From contig MU054323.1 in the NCBI GenBank assembly GCA_013239625.1, positions 20,109,082-20,173,081 on the forward strand: a stretch of 64,000 bases of DNA. The letters run 5' to 3'. Position numbers and translations under genes: made by a program. Below are positions 52,601-64,000 of this stretch, one piece after another. This stretch comes from Lama guanicoe (lineage: Eukaryota). Within the stretch, counting starts at the first letter, position 1. Each line of letters starts with the position of its first letter. The notes beneath the pieces were generated by a model. It ran no database searches, had not been told where the DNA came from, and saw only the letters and a list, made by a program, of their open reading frames with translations.

Positions 52601-54030
52601 TAAAGGCATCAGGCAGAATTTTAGAATTTGAAAGAGATTTTCTAGTCTCAGTTTATAAGCCCATTATTTAGGGAGGAGTAACAAGGCTTCAGAGATGTGG
52701 CTGTAACCTGCCCAAGGTTCCCCAGCCAGTAGCATCATGGTGGAGACATGACTGGAACCAGGTTTTCTAGTTCCAGACTCTAGTGACTCCATCTCCAGGG
52801 CCTGCATTGCTGCCGTAATGTCCTATATGATCTCTGCACTCCACGTCTTTCCTTCCTCTGTGAATCCTGTACTATGCCACTCGACAGCTCTTCTCTTCTT
52901 TTTCATCAAGTCATTCCCCAGTTCTAGAACCTAAAAGGTCTAAAGACCTAAAAGGTCTACAGTGAAACCCACACTGGTTCTTAGGGCCCTCTCTAGTTTC
53001 AAATCCTGTCTGCACAACTGATTTGCTAAGTGAATTGGAACAAGTTTCTTAACCTCTTAGAGCCTCAGTTTTCTCATCCCTAGAATGGAGGTAAACATAG
53101 CTCCATCAAAGGGGTGAAATGGGGATTAAATGAGATGATGTAGGGGTGGTATATCGCTCAGGACATGACACTGGAAAAAATCTCACTTCATGTATGCCTC
53201 TATTAGCCCAGGCAGGCCATGCTCATTCTCATTCCTGGATTGTAAATAAATACAAATTGGACAAGTGAGTTGATTCATCTAAAAATGTGACCAATCACAA
53301 ATAATTAATCCAAAATATCAAAAATTCAGTGAGAAGTTGTAACCCATATGCTGCTGAGGCTGGGTTGAAAATGGATTCCTCCATCACTTTGCACTGCGTA
53401 ACCGGATGTGTTCTGGGTCCTTGAGCAAGTCTAACCTCTTGAAGCCCCATTTCCTCATCTGGAAAATAAGGGTAATAGTAAGAGGGCTTTTGTGGGAAGC
53501 TGAGCTTGCTGAAGAAAAGATAGAACATAGAAAAGTCTCCCATCACCCTGCCCCAAAGCTTTGTAAATTGAAATGCCCTGTGGCCAGTCCCTGCAGCTTA
53601 CTTATCGACTGGGCCTTAAAAAGCCCTTGTTCTACTGTTAATTTCATATTTCCAGATGTTTGTGTTTATACCAGTTTATTTCTCAACATCTGCAGAATCA
53701 GTGGATGCTTTAAACAGTCAGCTTTTTGAATGGAAATGATAACCTTCCAAAGTCTCTAATTTTATATAAATGAAAGACTCTAATGACTTCACCCACTATG
53801 CACAAATACCTCTGTAGAAAGGAAGGATGTAACTTCCAATAAACTGCCCTCAGAACCACCCCAGCACACGGCCCCCACTCTTAAAGGTGAGAAACCACCA
53901 GTGGGACATGTCACATCCCACACCAAAGCCCTTGCCTGTTTCTCTGCTCCATGACACTTTATGCTGTCATGCAAGCAAAAGAAACACTATCTTCTTTAAA
54001 TTTCCAGCCTTGAGAAGGTCACTGTGAAAT

Positions 54031-54668
54031 TATTACAGGGGAAGCAAAATTTTCTCTCTACCCTTTTAGGGTTTTTGACCGAAATTGAGAATTAGATTGA
54101 CATAAGAATAACCGGAGAAAAGCATCAAAATTTATTTAATACAAATTGTATATGATACTGGAGCCCTCAGAAGAAAATGAAGACCCTAGGAAGTGGCAGA
54201 ACCTAAATGCTTCTATACGAGGTTGAACAAAGAGAAGCAACTGTAGAAAAGTAACTAAGATGTAAGGGGAGGCTAAAGGCAGTTAAGAATTATTTTAACA
54301 AGGTCTGTTTGTCCAGAATTCTCTCAGCTTCAACTTCTGTCCTTGATGATAAGATTGGTACTTTGCTGGGGATGGGTATAACTCAGTGGTGGAGCACATG
54401 TTTAGTATACATGAGGTCCTGGGTTTAATCCCTAGTACCTCCATTGAAAAAAAAAAAAAAGGTACTTTCCTCCCCATATAGAGGAGTATACCCTTATATA
54501 TCTACCCATCTATCTTGCATATGGGGATTTTATCTCCTGCTCTTAAAAGAAAAGGGAAAGAGTCAGAGCACATTTCTTGTACCTGATGTTTTGGTAAGTG
54601 CTTTTAGCTCAAAATAATCTTTATACCAAAGTGCCGTATATGCGGGTGGCATCTTCTCCTACCCTTCA
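54031..54668 (-). mobile_element. ERV1 solo LTR (MER34/MER39-like)
   Basis: The right end reverse-complements to TGAAGGG..AGAAGATGCCACCC..ATATACGGCACTTTGG, like MER34/39 5' ends. Confidence 0.65.
54368..54460 (+). mobile_element. Vic-1-like SINE inserted in an LTR
   Basis: SINE head and pure A tail. TSD GGTACTTT at 54357 and 54461. Confidence 0.85.
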
Positions 54669-57600
54669 TCATTAGCAGCAACACTCTTGATGCCATTACA
54701 GAATGACCCCCCTTCTTTATCTCGGCCCAGCCCTCACTCCCATCCTGCTGCTATGTTGCCTTATGATGTGATGGCCCTTCCCACCACCACTCCGGGTCCC
54801 TTGTTCTTACAGTGACCTAGAGCCCTTTCCACATGTCAATACAAGCTCAGCTTTACACGAAAACATTCAACTATTACCCTCATTTTCCGAATGAGGAAAT
54901 AAGGCTTCAGAAGGTTAGACTTGCTCAAGGACCCACAGCTCCTAGTAAATATCAGACCCAGTACTGAAGCCCAGAGTCTTTGCAGGCTCTCTTGCCTCCC
55001 ATGGTGGCTCACCCCCAACTCTCCTCTCTACCCAGCATCAAACACCCCCGGGAAGGGAGGAACATATTAGGCGATACCAGAGGAAATGCTCTGACAAATC
55101 TTGAATGTGGGTCATTCTACAAGAAAACTAATCCTCAGTAAGTCACTTTCATATCCTGAAATATTTAATGAAGGGATGATATAATGTCTGATATTTGCTT
55201 CGAAATAATCAAAGACAGGGGCAAGTGGATTGAGGATCTAGATGAAACAAGACTGGCCATGAGTTGATAACTGTTGAAGTTGAGTGATAGGGTTCTTTAT
55301 ATTGACCTCTTCCCTCTTGTATTTATTTGAAATTGTCCAGAATAAAAAAATTAAATTCTTTTTAAACTTGAGCTTCATTTAAGCTCATTTTTGAATGTTA
55401 ACAGTTATTCCTTCAGATTGGACCTGAATGCACTCTTTCATAATATCTATCATAAAGAGTCCCTTCAATCCTCCAGAGTGTAAAAAAGCTCAGCACACAT
55501 TTGACCACATCTGTCAACATTTTAAATGCACACACCTAGTGATCCAGCAATTTTAACACCAGGGGTTTATCTTATGGAGGTAGTCACCTATTACACAGAG
55601 ATGTGCATTTAAGGATCATTGCATTGTTTTCAACAGCAAAAGTCTAGAAGTAACCTCAATGGCCATAATTAGGGGACTCGTTATTTTAATAATGGCCTGT
55701 CTGAACTTAATGCTGTTGTTCATGCAGACTCTTGTACCACCAATTCTAAGCCAAATTGCTAAACAAAAAAGGCCTCCCTCCTGAGCTGTGGACTAAATTA
55801 TTCCCCCTTTATTTTAAAGATATCTAGATATGGATGTAGCATAGATATAGGATAAGATTTCTGAAAGAATACATAAATTACAGTTATGGTGGTTGTTTTT
55901 TGGATGAGGGACTGGGAAGGTTAGGGTAGAAATGAGGCCTGTTTGTTACTGGTTACTGTAAACCCTTTGTCTTTATTTATTTATTTATTTTTAAACCAGT
56001 GCAAGGATTATGTTTTCAGTTAAAAAAAAAAAAAGAAAAAGAAAAACCTCAGCACATATCCTCTTAACCAAATTCTCTCTTTTTCCTTTGGCCCATCCTT
56101 GCTGTGTCCTGCCTTCTCTTTCTGCTCAGTTACATCTGGGGCCATGCACCTGCTACTCCCTCAGCCTGGGACGTTCTGCTCCAGAGCATGACGTGGTTTA
56201 TGCCTTCTTGCCAATCAAGTCTCAGTTCAAAGTCACTTCCTCAGAGAAGCCTTCTCTGACCACCATTCTAGCATATCAACGTATTTTTTGACTCCTTTAT
56301 CAGTGTTTAAAAGAAAAAATCATCTTGCTCACCCACCTGTTTCTTAGTTATCATCTATCTCCCTACCAGACTTTCTGCTCATTCCTTTTGAGAGCAGGGA
56401 CCCTAGATCTAGTTCACAGCAGTGTCCTCAAATCCTAGAACAGTGTCAGGCTCCTTGTTGAAGCTCAATAAATATTTGTTGAGTGAAGGAATGAATGATC
56501 ATTACTGTTGATTAAAATAATGTCCTCTGAGTGCTGAACTGGCAGTATCAGTGTGTGCATCTAGTGAGGCTGGAATCTACCAACTTAAGAAATCCAGGCT
56601 CTTTCTGAAAAGCCACTTTCCCCCTGTATGACAGAGTATGCCAGCTTCCTGCAGAAGCCCTACTCAGTTAGCAGGCCCCACCGTGGGTTAGTGGATGTCC
56701 CTATATTTCTTACCCAGCAGATGCTTTAGTTAGGAAAGTTCTTAGAGTCAGCTCCAGTCAAGTCTGGGTCCCACCATCTGCCCATACCTGTTCCTGGAGG
56801 AAGGAGATGGTGTGAAAGCAGAGCAGGGGGTCCAAGGAAAGTACTGTCTGCCACTAAATTGAACACTTCAAATGGGTTAATTGTGCATTCTCTCTCCATA
56901 AAATTGTTACCAAAAAATAAATAAATAAACGTGTCCAGAAAGGGTTGGATGTGGATCCAGGTGGTTCTGTGTGTCTTGGCTCACAAACTATAGGAAATAG
57001 GGAAAGAAACTTAAAAGGCTATTGCGTTAGTGGTAGATGGACATCTCAGAGACCCAACGGCCTGATTGGGTGCTCAAGATTGTAAGGTGAAGCTTCCCAG
57101 CAAAGCAGGTCTTGAGCCCAGATGGGAAGGAGACAGGAGAGCCGAGCAGAGAGAGAGGAATTCCCTGACTCTAACCCTCGTCACATCACAGGGCATATTC
57201 CCACAGCCTGAGAGAGGATTCTACTCACAAGAAAAATCAAAGCCATTTTCAAAATGAATGGAAAGTTCCCTGCTGTGCTCCACCCATTCTGCAAAGAGGA
57301 GAGCTGCCTTAATCAACATTAATGAACCAAAATTAACTAGTTTAGGAGTCAGCTTTCAAAAACACCTGCTGTTCGTATCCTTCTGTCCCTGTGACAATCT
57401 ATTTCTCTGCCCCACAATCCTGGCCCTCCTCCCCACCTTACCCGGCGCTATTATTTCTGCCTCAGAGGAAAGACTGGGGCTGGGGTGGACTGAAGCGAAG
57501 CGTATGATATTCCTGGAAATGATCTTCTCATTGTAGATGCAACCAAAATAGCATTGGCTCCACACTTAATAATTGATACACTCTTCAACAGCAATTGAAT

Positions 57601-58672
57601 TTTTCTCCAAGGTACAGGATTTAAAATACAGGCTATTTTTCTCCAATTCTTAACTGGAGATAAAATAATCCAATTCCATTGTATGTGATCCCATTCCCCT
57701 TCTATGGCAAAAACCCCAGGCATTTGCCTCAGTTTTCCCTGAGATACATGGTCTTGCATGTTAGCAAAAAAAAAAAAAAAAGTGCTCTTCTTAGTGGAAA
57801 GCTCAGAGATACAGCAATCTGGAAGATTTGCAGTTTTAAAAGGAGGTTTGGAGCCGATGCAATTACGTCCGAATAAGCCTGTTTCAGGCCTAGGTCAGAG
57901 AACAGAGCCCATGGCTCAGCAGAAAATGCTGAAATAAGTGTCAGCTTTAACTCCATGTGCCCGTGTGGACGTGCAACTTCAGATCCTGTCCCTGTGGGAC
58001 CTTCCTCTGCCTGCAAGGAACTTTGCCCTCTGCTTAATATTTGCTAGTACCTTAGGTCTTCCACGCAGGGTTTTTCCTTTTCAGAGGAAAGCAATCACAA
58101 ATAAAAATCTTTGTAACAAAAGACACTGAAAAGCTTTTTATACCCTTTCACTGGCTTCTATTGTGATGGATGAGACTTCAAGAACAATGGCACTAGAGCA
58201 AATGTCTGTGTAAATCTACAAAGAAAGAAGAAAATAAGTTTACCAGGTTTCCTTTGATGATGACAAGGCATTCTCTTCTCTAGGTACAGTGGGTCTTTAA
58301 CTTAGATGATGTCAAGAGATTAGCAAGCACTGAATGTACCAGTGGTCTATCTCAGTAGACAGGTACTTATGGAAAGGGAGAAATTGTGAATATAGCTTCC
58401 ACTGAATCAACATTAGTCAAGACTTTCAATTTATAGCTCATTGTGTTTTCATCCAGGTAACCAACTCAAGAGTGATATTTGTATTCTATATAGATTAAAC
58501 ATTACTGAGACATCCCCTTACTTATAGGACCCTTAATAAAAGTCCAGTTTTAATGGTGCTACACACTCAATTCTCCCAGACTGTGAAAATGTGAGGTCTA
58601 CAAGTGATTTTGCCACTTCATTTGATTCAGTCACCATGGGATTCTAGAAGAATGTTCATTCTGCCCTCACTT

Positions 58673-58862
58673 CTTTTCTTTTTTTTAATTGAAGTATAGT
58701 CGGTTTACAATGTTGTGTTAATTTCTGGTGTACACCATAGTGATTCAGTTATACTGATTCAGGAATACATATATATATTCCTTTTCATATTCTTTTTCAT
58801 TAGAGGCTATTTGCAAGGCATCTAATATAGTTCCCTATGCTATACAGTAGGACCTTGTTGCT
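58673..58862 (-). mobile_element. Short L1 3' end
   Basis: Antisense L1 3'UTR with TSD TGCC(C/T)TCACTT. Confidence 0.8.
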
Positions 58863-60439
58863 TGCCTTCACTTATACCTGCTATATTATTAACTAAGCAC
58901 ATAGGAGAGGTTAGCGTTTCCAGCTACCCCTTCACTGAGCACCCTACTTCATCTCTGCCTTAGCAAACACTCTGTTAGATGTTTAAGGTATTTTTTGGAT
59001 GTTAAACCACAGTGACTTATTTTGCAAAAACCAGCTGGGGATTGGAGGGATTGTAAGGGGTAGAGTGAGAACTACTTGAAATATCTGGTCCCTATTCAGA
59101 ATTTGATAAAAGATTTTTGTAGTCATTGAGCTTGAACAGGTCAATCTTCATGGTTTTACAAATATCATTAGAACTGGGCATCTCAGAGGCTGAAAAAAAA
59201 AAAAAAAGAACCTTCCTGAGAGGGCCACTAGGAGGCATGAGAAGGAAAGAGCTGTGATAGCACTCTGGAAAAGGGATAGACTCCAAGTTTGGAAGGCAGT
59301 GGCCTCCACAGGCCGCCTGGCCAGTGGTGACACTACTCATAAAGCTGGCAAGAGACTCAGCTCCATAGACGAGTATGACCAGGCTTATCAGGAACTTCAG
59401 AAGTATTCTTTGGATAGCCATGTAGCACAGAGAAATGGGTAGAACTTCTAGGGCAGAGAAAGAGGGCTACCAGGAGGGACATTTGGAAAATTAGGCCCAG
59501 CTGAGTTGAAGCCCAGATGGTGACTGCTAGAGACAGTGAGCTGGGAATTAGGAGAAGCTGAGAGCACCAGGGAAGTACCAGGACAGCCAGGCATCCCAGG
59601 GGCAAATGGGGACTCATGCCCAGGAAGGCCCTGGACGGGCCTCAGACTCCCATCAGACCCAGCAGTGCTGGCCCCCTTCCTCCACTCAGGTTGAGAAGCA
59701 GAAGTGAGAGCTTAAAGAATTCCAGGTCTGCAATAATGACAATTGGGCAAATCATGGTTATGTTAGGTCGAGAAAATTGTGCTCTGTTAATTTCTATGCT
59801 GTTTGTAAAAAATCTACACTTTTACATTTTCATTTGTGTGTGTGTGTGTGTGTATTTTAAAAGCTCTTTCTGTAAAAGCTCAGTCTGTGTTTGCTAACTG
59901 AAGGAAGAGGGATTTTTGGCCATGCTTGTGTTTCAGGGTGGCAGCAGCAAAGATAAATTATTAAAAGCACCATAAATATTGCTCCCCTTTCTTTGAATCC
60001 AGGCTTTTTATCAAGCACAGAAAATGGACATAGCTTCATGAAACTAAAGGTTTCTCTGGTTTAGGGTCCCAACTCAATCCAGCTCTCTGGGTGTCCAGAT
60101 GACTCCCTCTCTCCTTCCCCAACAAAGGTTTTTAGAAATTCTAATTTTTACAAGCTTACAAACTCAAGGCAAATGTTACAGTTTTATTTGAGAAAATGGC
60201 AATCCCCTTACTTTAGGAAGAAGACTTGAAACAGTAGATTTGATTAAAGAATCTAGCAATAACCCATGAACATGAGTCCAGACAAAGCCCATTTAAGCAG
60301 CTTTAAAATGTAGATAGAAAACAAATGAGAGAATGGGTAGCAAAGTATATAAAGAAATTAGAAGCCAAAATGGAAACAAATGTAGGCCATGCAAAAGTAT
60401 AGCATATTTGATAGGTTAGGAGATAGTAAAGGATAAAAA

Positions 60440-61490
60440 TATAGTTGAGCCCTCCCAGTGCCCAGATTTTAGCTTCTAATACCATTCTCCAATAAAAGGA
60501 ACCAGGACTCCTTGGAGAAATGGCTGATTCCAGGATTAGGGCAGGAAATATACACAATAAACCTGAAGTATCTTACACTGCCAGAAAGTAAGAAAGTACT
60601 AAAAAACCCAAAAAACCATTACAGTGATGGTCGTTTGCAAAAACAACAGCCAAGTAAACTGAAAGAGCTTGGCAAAGGCCAGAGCTGGAGCAATTGAAGC
60701 AAAACAATACAGTGTTGGATTATAACCCAAAGCATAAATTAAATATCCATGAATCCATACTGATTTAAATGAATGATTGATTAAATAAGTAAACAGGGAG
60801 AAAAGACAAATCTACCGGGTTGAATAATCCTCAATAATTTGTGTAAGTTCTCCACCCTGAAAGGAAGTAGAAAACAACTCCTTACTTCTTAAGCGTAAGT
60901 TGCTCACAGTGACGTCCTTGCAAAGAGTGCATATAGCAAGGTGGAAAAAAAAAAGAGTAACTTTAAGCGAAGGAAACTGGCAAACTACCTCAGCCAGGTA
61001 ATCAAGGTCAACATCGCCAATGATGTGAGGTGCTGAGAATAGCACTTCACCTCTGCAGTCTTTCCCCCCCAACACCCACAACCCTAGTCTGTCTAATCAT
61101 GAGGAAAACATCAGACAAATCCCAACAGAGGGACATTCTAAAAATACCTGACTAGTATTCCTCAAGGTCACCAAAAACAAGAAAAGTCTGAGAAACTTTC
61201 ACAGCCAAAAAAGCTTAAGGAGGCATGACAACTAAATGCAGTGTGGTATCCTGGATGGGATCCAGGGACAGAAAAAGGACAGTAGGTTAAAAACTAAGGA
61301 AATTTGAATAAACTAATAAACTTTAGTCAATCATAATATATCATATTGATTAATTAATTGTAACAAATTGACCATCCTAATGTCAGCTGTTAATAATAGG
61401 AGAAACTGAATGTGGGGTATATGGAAACTCTCTATACTACTTTCTCAATTTTTCCATAAAGCTGAAACTGCTTTAAAAATAAAGTTTAGC
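60440..61490 (+). mobile_element. L1MC/L1MD-type 3'UTR fragment
   Basis: Characteristic CCATTCTCCAATAAAAGGAACCAGG...GGAGAAATGGCTGATTCC segment and 3' end. Confidence 0.75.
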
Positions 61491-62208
61491 CCTTAAAAAT
61501 GCAATTTGAAATAAACACCAAATTTAAGATATTTTTTAATGCAGTTGAGTTCAAGAAAAATCTAAACACAAACCAGGGTTGCAGGTTCATGACAGGTCTC
61601 AAAGAGGGAAGGTAAGTGTGTTAGAGACATTTTGAGTCATGGTTGCCTGAGGACCTGACTGTTCCTTAGTCCACCTTGATGGCCCCTTCTCCTGCCTCTG
61701 CCCGCAAGTCTGAGTGTGTTCCCAACCCTACACATGCAGGTCCTTCCTAGATCTCCCATCCTTTTTCAGTTGCCCAAAGAACATCTCCATCTGGATGTCT
61801 CACAAGCACTACAAAAATCAACTTGTTCTGGAACAAATCAGTGACCCTCTTGATTCCTCTCTTGTGTAATTGTACCACCAACATCTGTTCTGCCCAGCCT
61901 CATGCCTCAAGATGCCGCCCCATAAGTATGAGAACACCTGTGTGTTATGAGCAGGCTTCCCAAAACTGGTTCCTCAGTGCCCCATCGAATCCTTTATACT
62001 TTTTCCTATCTCAGGGCACTTCTGTTATTGGCTCTCACTCATTCTTTGGTTCCTCTGCTGCCCCTTTACTCCACCCAGACATCCCAGCTCCTAGTTTTGG
62101 CCTCAAGTCCTTGACTTTGATAACTGTCTCATTCCTTTTTCCTGGCATCTCCTAGAACTCACAGACCAGTAACAAACCCCTTATTGGCATCACGTCTCTG
62201 AGACTGGC

Positions 62209-62719
62209 TGTGTAGACAGTCTGTAAGGTAATCCTTAATGATTTCTTCGCTCATCCCCTCCCCTTGAGTGTGGACTGGACCTAGTGACCCACTTCTAAAG
62301 AATAAAATACAGCAGAAGCGATAGGATGTCATTTCCAAGATTAGGTTACAAAAAGACCAAGGCTTCCATCTTGGGTACTCTCTCTTGTTTGCTCCCTCTG
62401 AGGGAAGCCAGCTGTCATGTCGTGAGTTGTTCTACAGAGAATCCCACATGGAGAGAAGCTGGTATCTCTGATCAACAGTCAGAGAGGACCTGAGGTCTGT
62501 CAATAGCCATGTGAGTGAGCTGGCAGATCCAAGGGGGTACCTTGTAAAGACTGTGGTCCCAGTCAGCAAAGTGACTGCAGCCTTGTGAGAGACTCTGGAT
62601 CAGAGGCACCCAACTAAGCTATGCCCAGATTCCTGACCAAGGAATTTGAGATAATAGCTGTTATTTTGAGTTGCTCGCTTTTGGGGTAATTTGTTAGATA
62701 GCAATAAATAACCAATACA
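62209..62719 (+). mobile_element. MaLR solo LTR (MLT1F-like)
   Basis: CCCCTCCCCTTGAGTGTGG...GGGGTAATTTGTTA..GCAATA..TAACCAATACA. Confidence 0.8.
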
Positions 62720-64000
62720 CTTCCAAAAGCTTTGTACTGCCTTCACAGGCAACTCAAATTGGGTATAGCCCAATGGCACACAGACACACCAGATATCATC
62801 ACACAGAGCCATGGGTCCAGGGCACACAGAAGGAAAGAATGAAGCTCGAGAGCAGGCAGAACCCTTCCCTTCTCATTAATTTAAGCCAATTTGGGAAGCC
62901 CTTTGTCAGACTGGCTAATCTAAGGCTGGCTAGTTGCCAGATAGTTGTGCCAGATTTCTTCTAAGGTGAGTCAAGCTGTCAAGTTCCCAATACAAATAGA
63001 TATTTTCCTAACCTTTCCAGCTGAGTGATGGAGGCCAGCTGAACAGTCTTCCTAATATTAAACCCAACTGGGGAAACAGAAGAGAGAGAGAGTTAAAACC
63101 AGCCTACCTCCTTAACTCCAACATGCAGTAGAATCGTAAGGGGTTACTATCTGCAGAATATAAGATATCTGTGTCTCCGGTTCGGAGTACAGAGTTAGAC
63201 ACTGGCATCTCTGGGAGGGTCAGGGCAGATGAGCTGTGGCCCCTGCCTGGTATGTTCTTGCTTTGGAATAACGTTGTTCTTGGCACCCACTTTCAGAAAG
63301 CAATGATCAGCCCCTCTGAAATGAGATACCTAGGCAGATGGCCTGGCAGAGCTGAGGATCCCATGCTTTTGGCTTAGAGAAAGACAGGAGGCTAAAGTGT
63401 GATCTTAGTGGTGCAACAGAGACTGGACTGAGCCTCCACTCCTCCCTTGGGTCCAACCACAGCCAGGTGATGGCAGAAGATTCAGGGCTTCCAGAAGCCC
63501 ATAGCCCCACACCTATGGCTGGGGCTTATCAGACCCTCAAGGTGTCTTCCAGAGCCTCCTGTGAAGCATAGAAGTGTCAAACTGGGACTCTACCAAGATT
63601 ACCACTGTCTAGTGTATGTCCCAAACTTACACACATTTTCAAAACCACCTCTAAGGCCCAGCTACTTCAAATAGCCTGTCCTGCTCTTTGGCTGCTGCAT
63701 CTCCCCTGCTGGGTACCAGCACCTAACAAATTGAAGTGTGTAAGGCTTCCTGAACCAGGGCATGGTCAGGTATTTGAATAATAATCCCTGTGACAGTTTT
63801 CCCTTCTCTGGAAACAGCTCCAATACACGGGTGGCACCAAGGGGTCTCTTCTGTGTCTCTCCTCTGTGCTCCTGGCTGGAGCGTGCTGATAGGGGTTGAC
63901 AGCTGGCCCAGCCTGGGACAGCCATGTTCTGCCTGTAAAGCTGGAACATTCAGTGAATCCATACCAAGCCTCAGGGTTTGGGGCGCTGAGTCCAGAGTGT

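Overview
Mammalian genomic DNA, probably a camelid (inferred from about 10 copies of a tRNA-derived SINE resembling the camelid Vic-1 family). The window holds the complete two-exon KCNG3 gene (Kv6.3 silent/modulatory K+ channel subunit) on the minus strand. CDS exon 1 is 49611-48947 and exon 2 is 14378-13733, which together give 1311 nt, or 436 aa plus stop. An alternative donor at 48980 gives a 425-aa form. The gene has a 34.6-kb intron and a CpG-island promoter. The rest is mostly interspersed repeats (L1, L2, MIR, Vic-1-like SINEs, MaLR/ERV1 LTRs, hAT DNA elements), named by eye from remembered consensus sequences. I see no other protein-coding gene and no convincing new multi-gene system. 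The most notable non-routine signals are: (1) a TSD-flanked retrocopy of an unidentified mRNA 3'UTR at 7.36-8.21 kb; (2) a composite L1 at 19.2-20.8 kb carrying a 270-bp copy of nearby DNA and an abutting tRNA-Leu relic; (3) an intronic CpG-rich tandem repeat with a YY1 motif at 37 kb; (4) an inverted 95-bp duplication upstream of the gene; (5) a perfect 15-bp hairpin in the intron; (6) a candidate divergent non-coding exon at the promoter.
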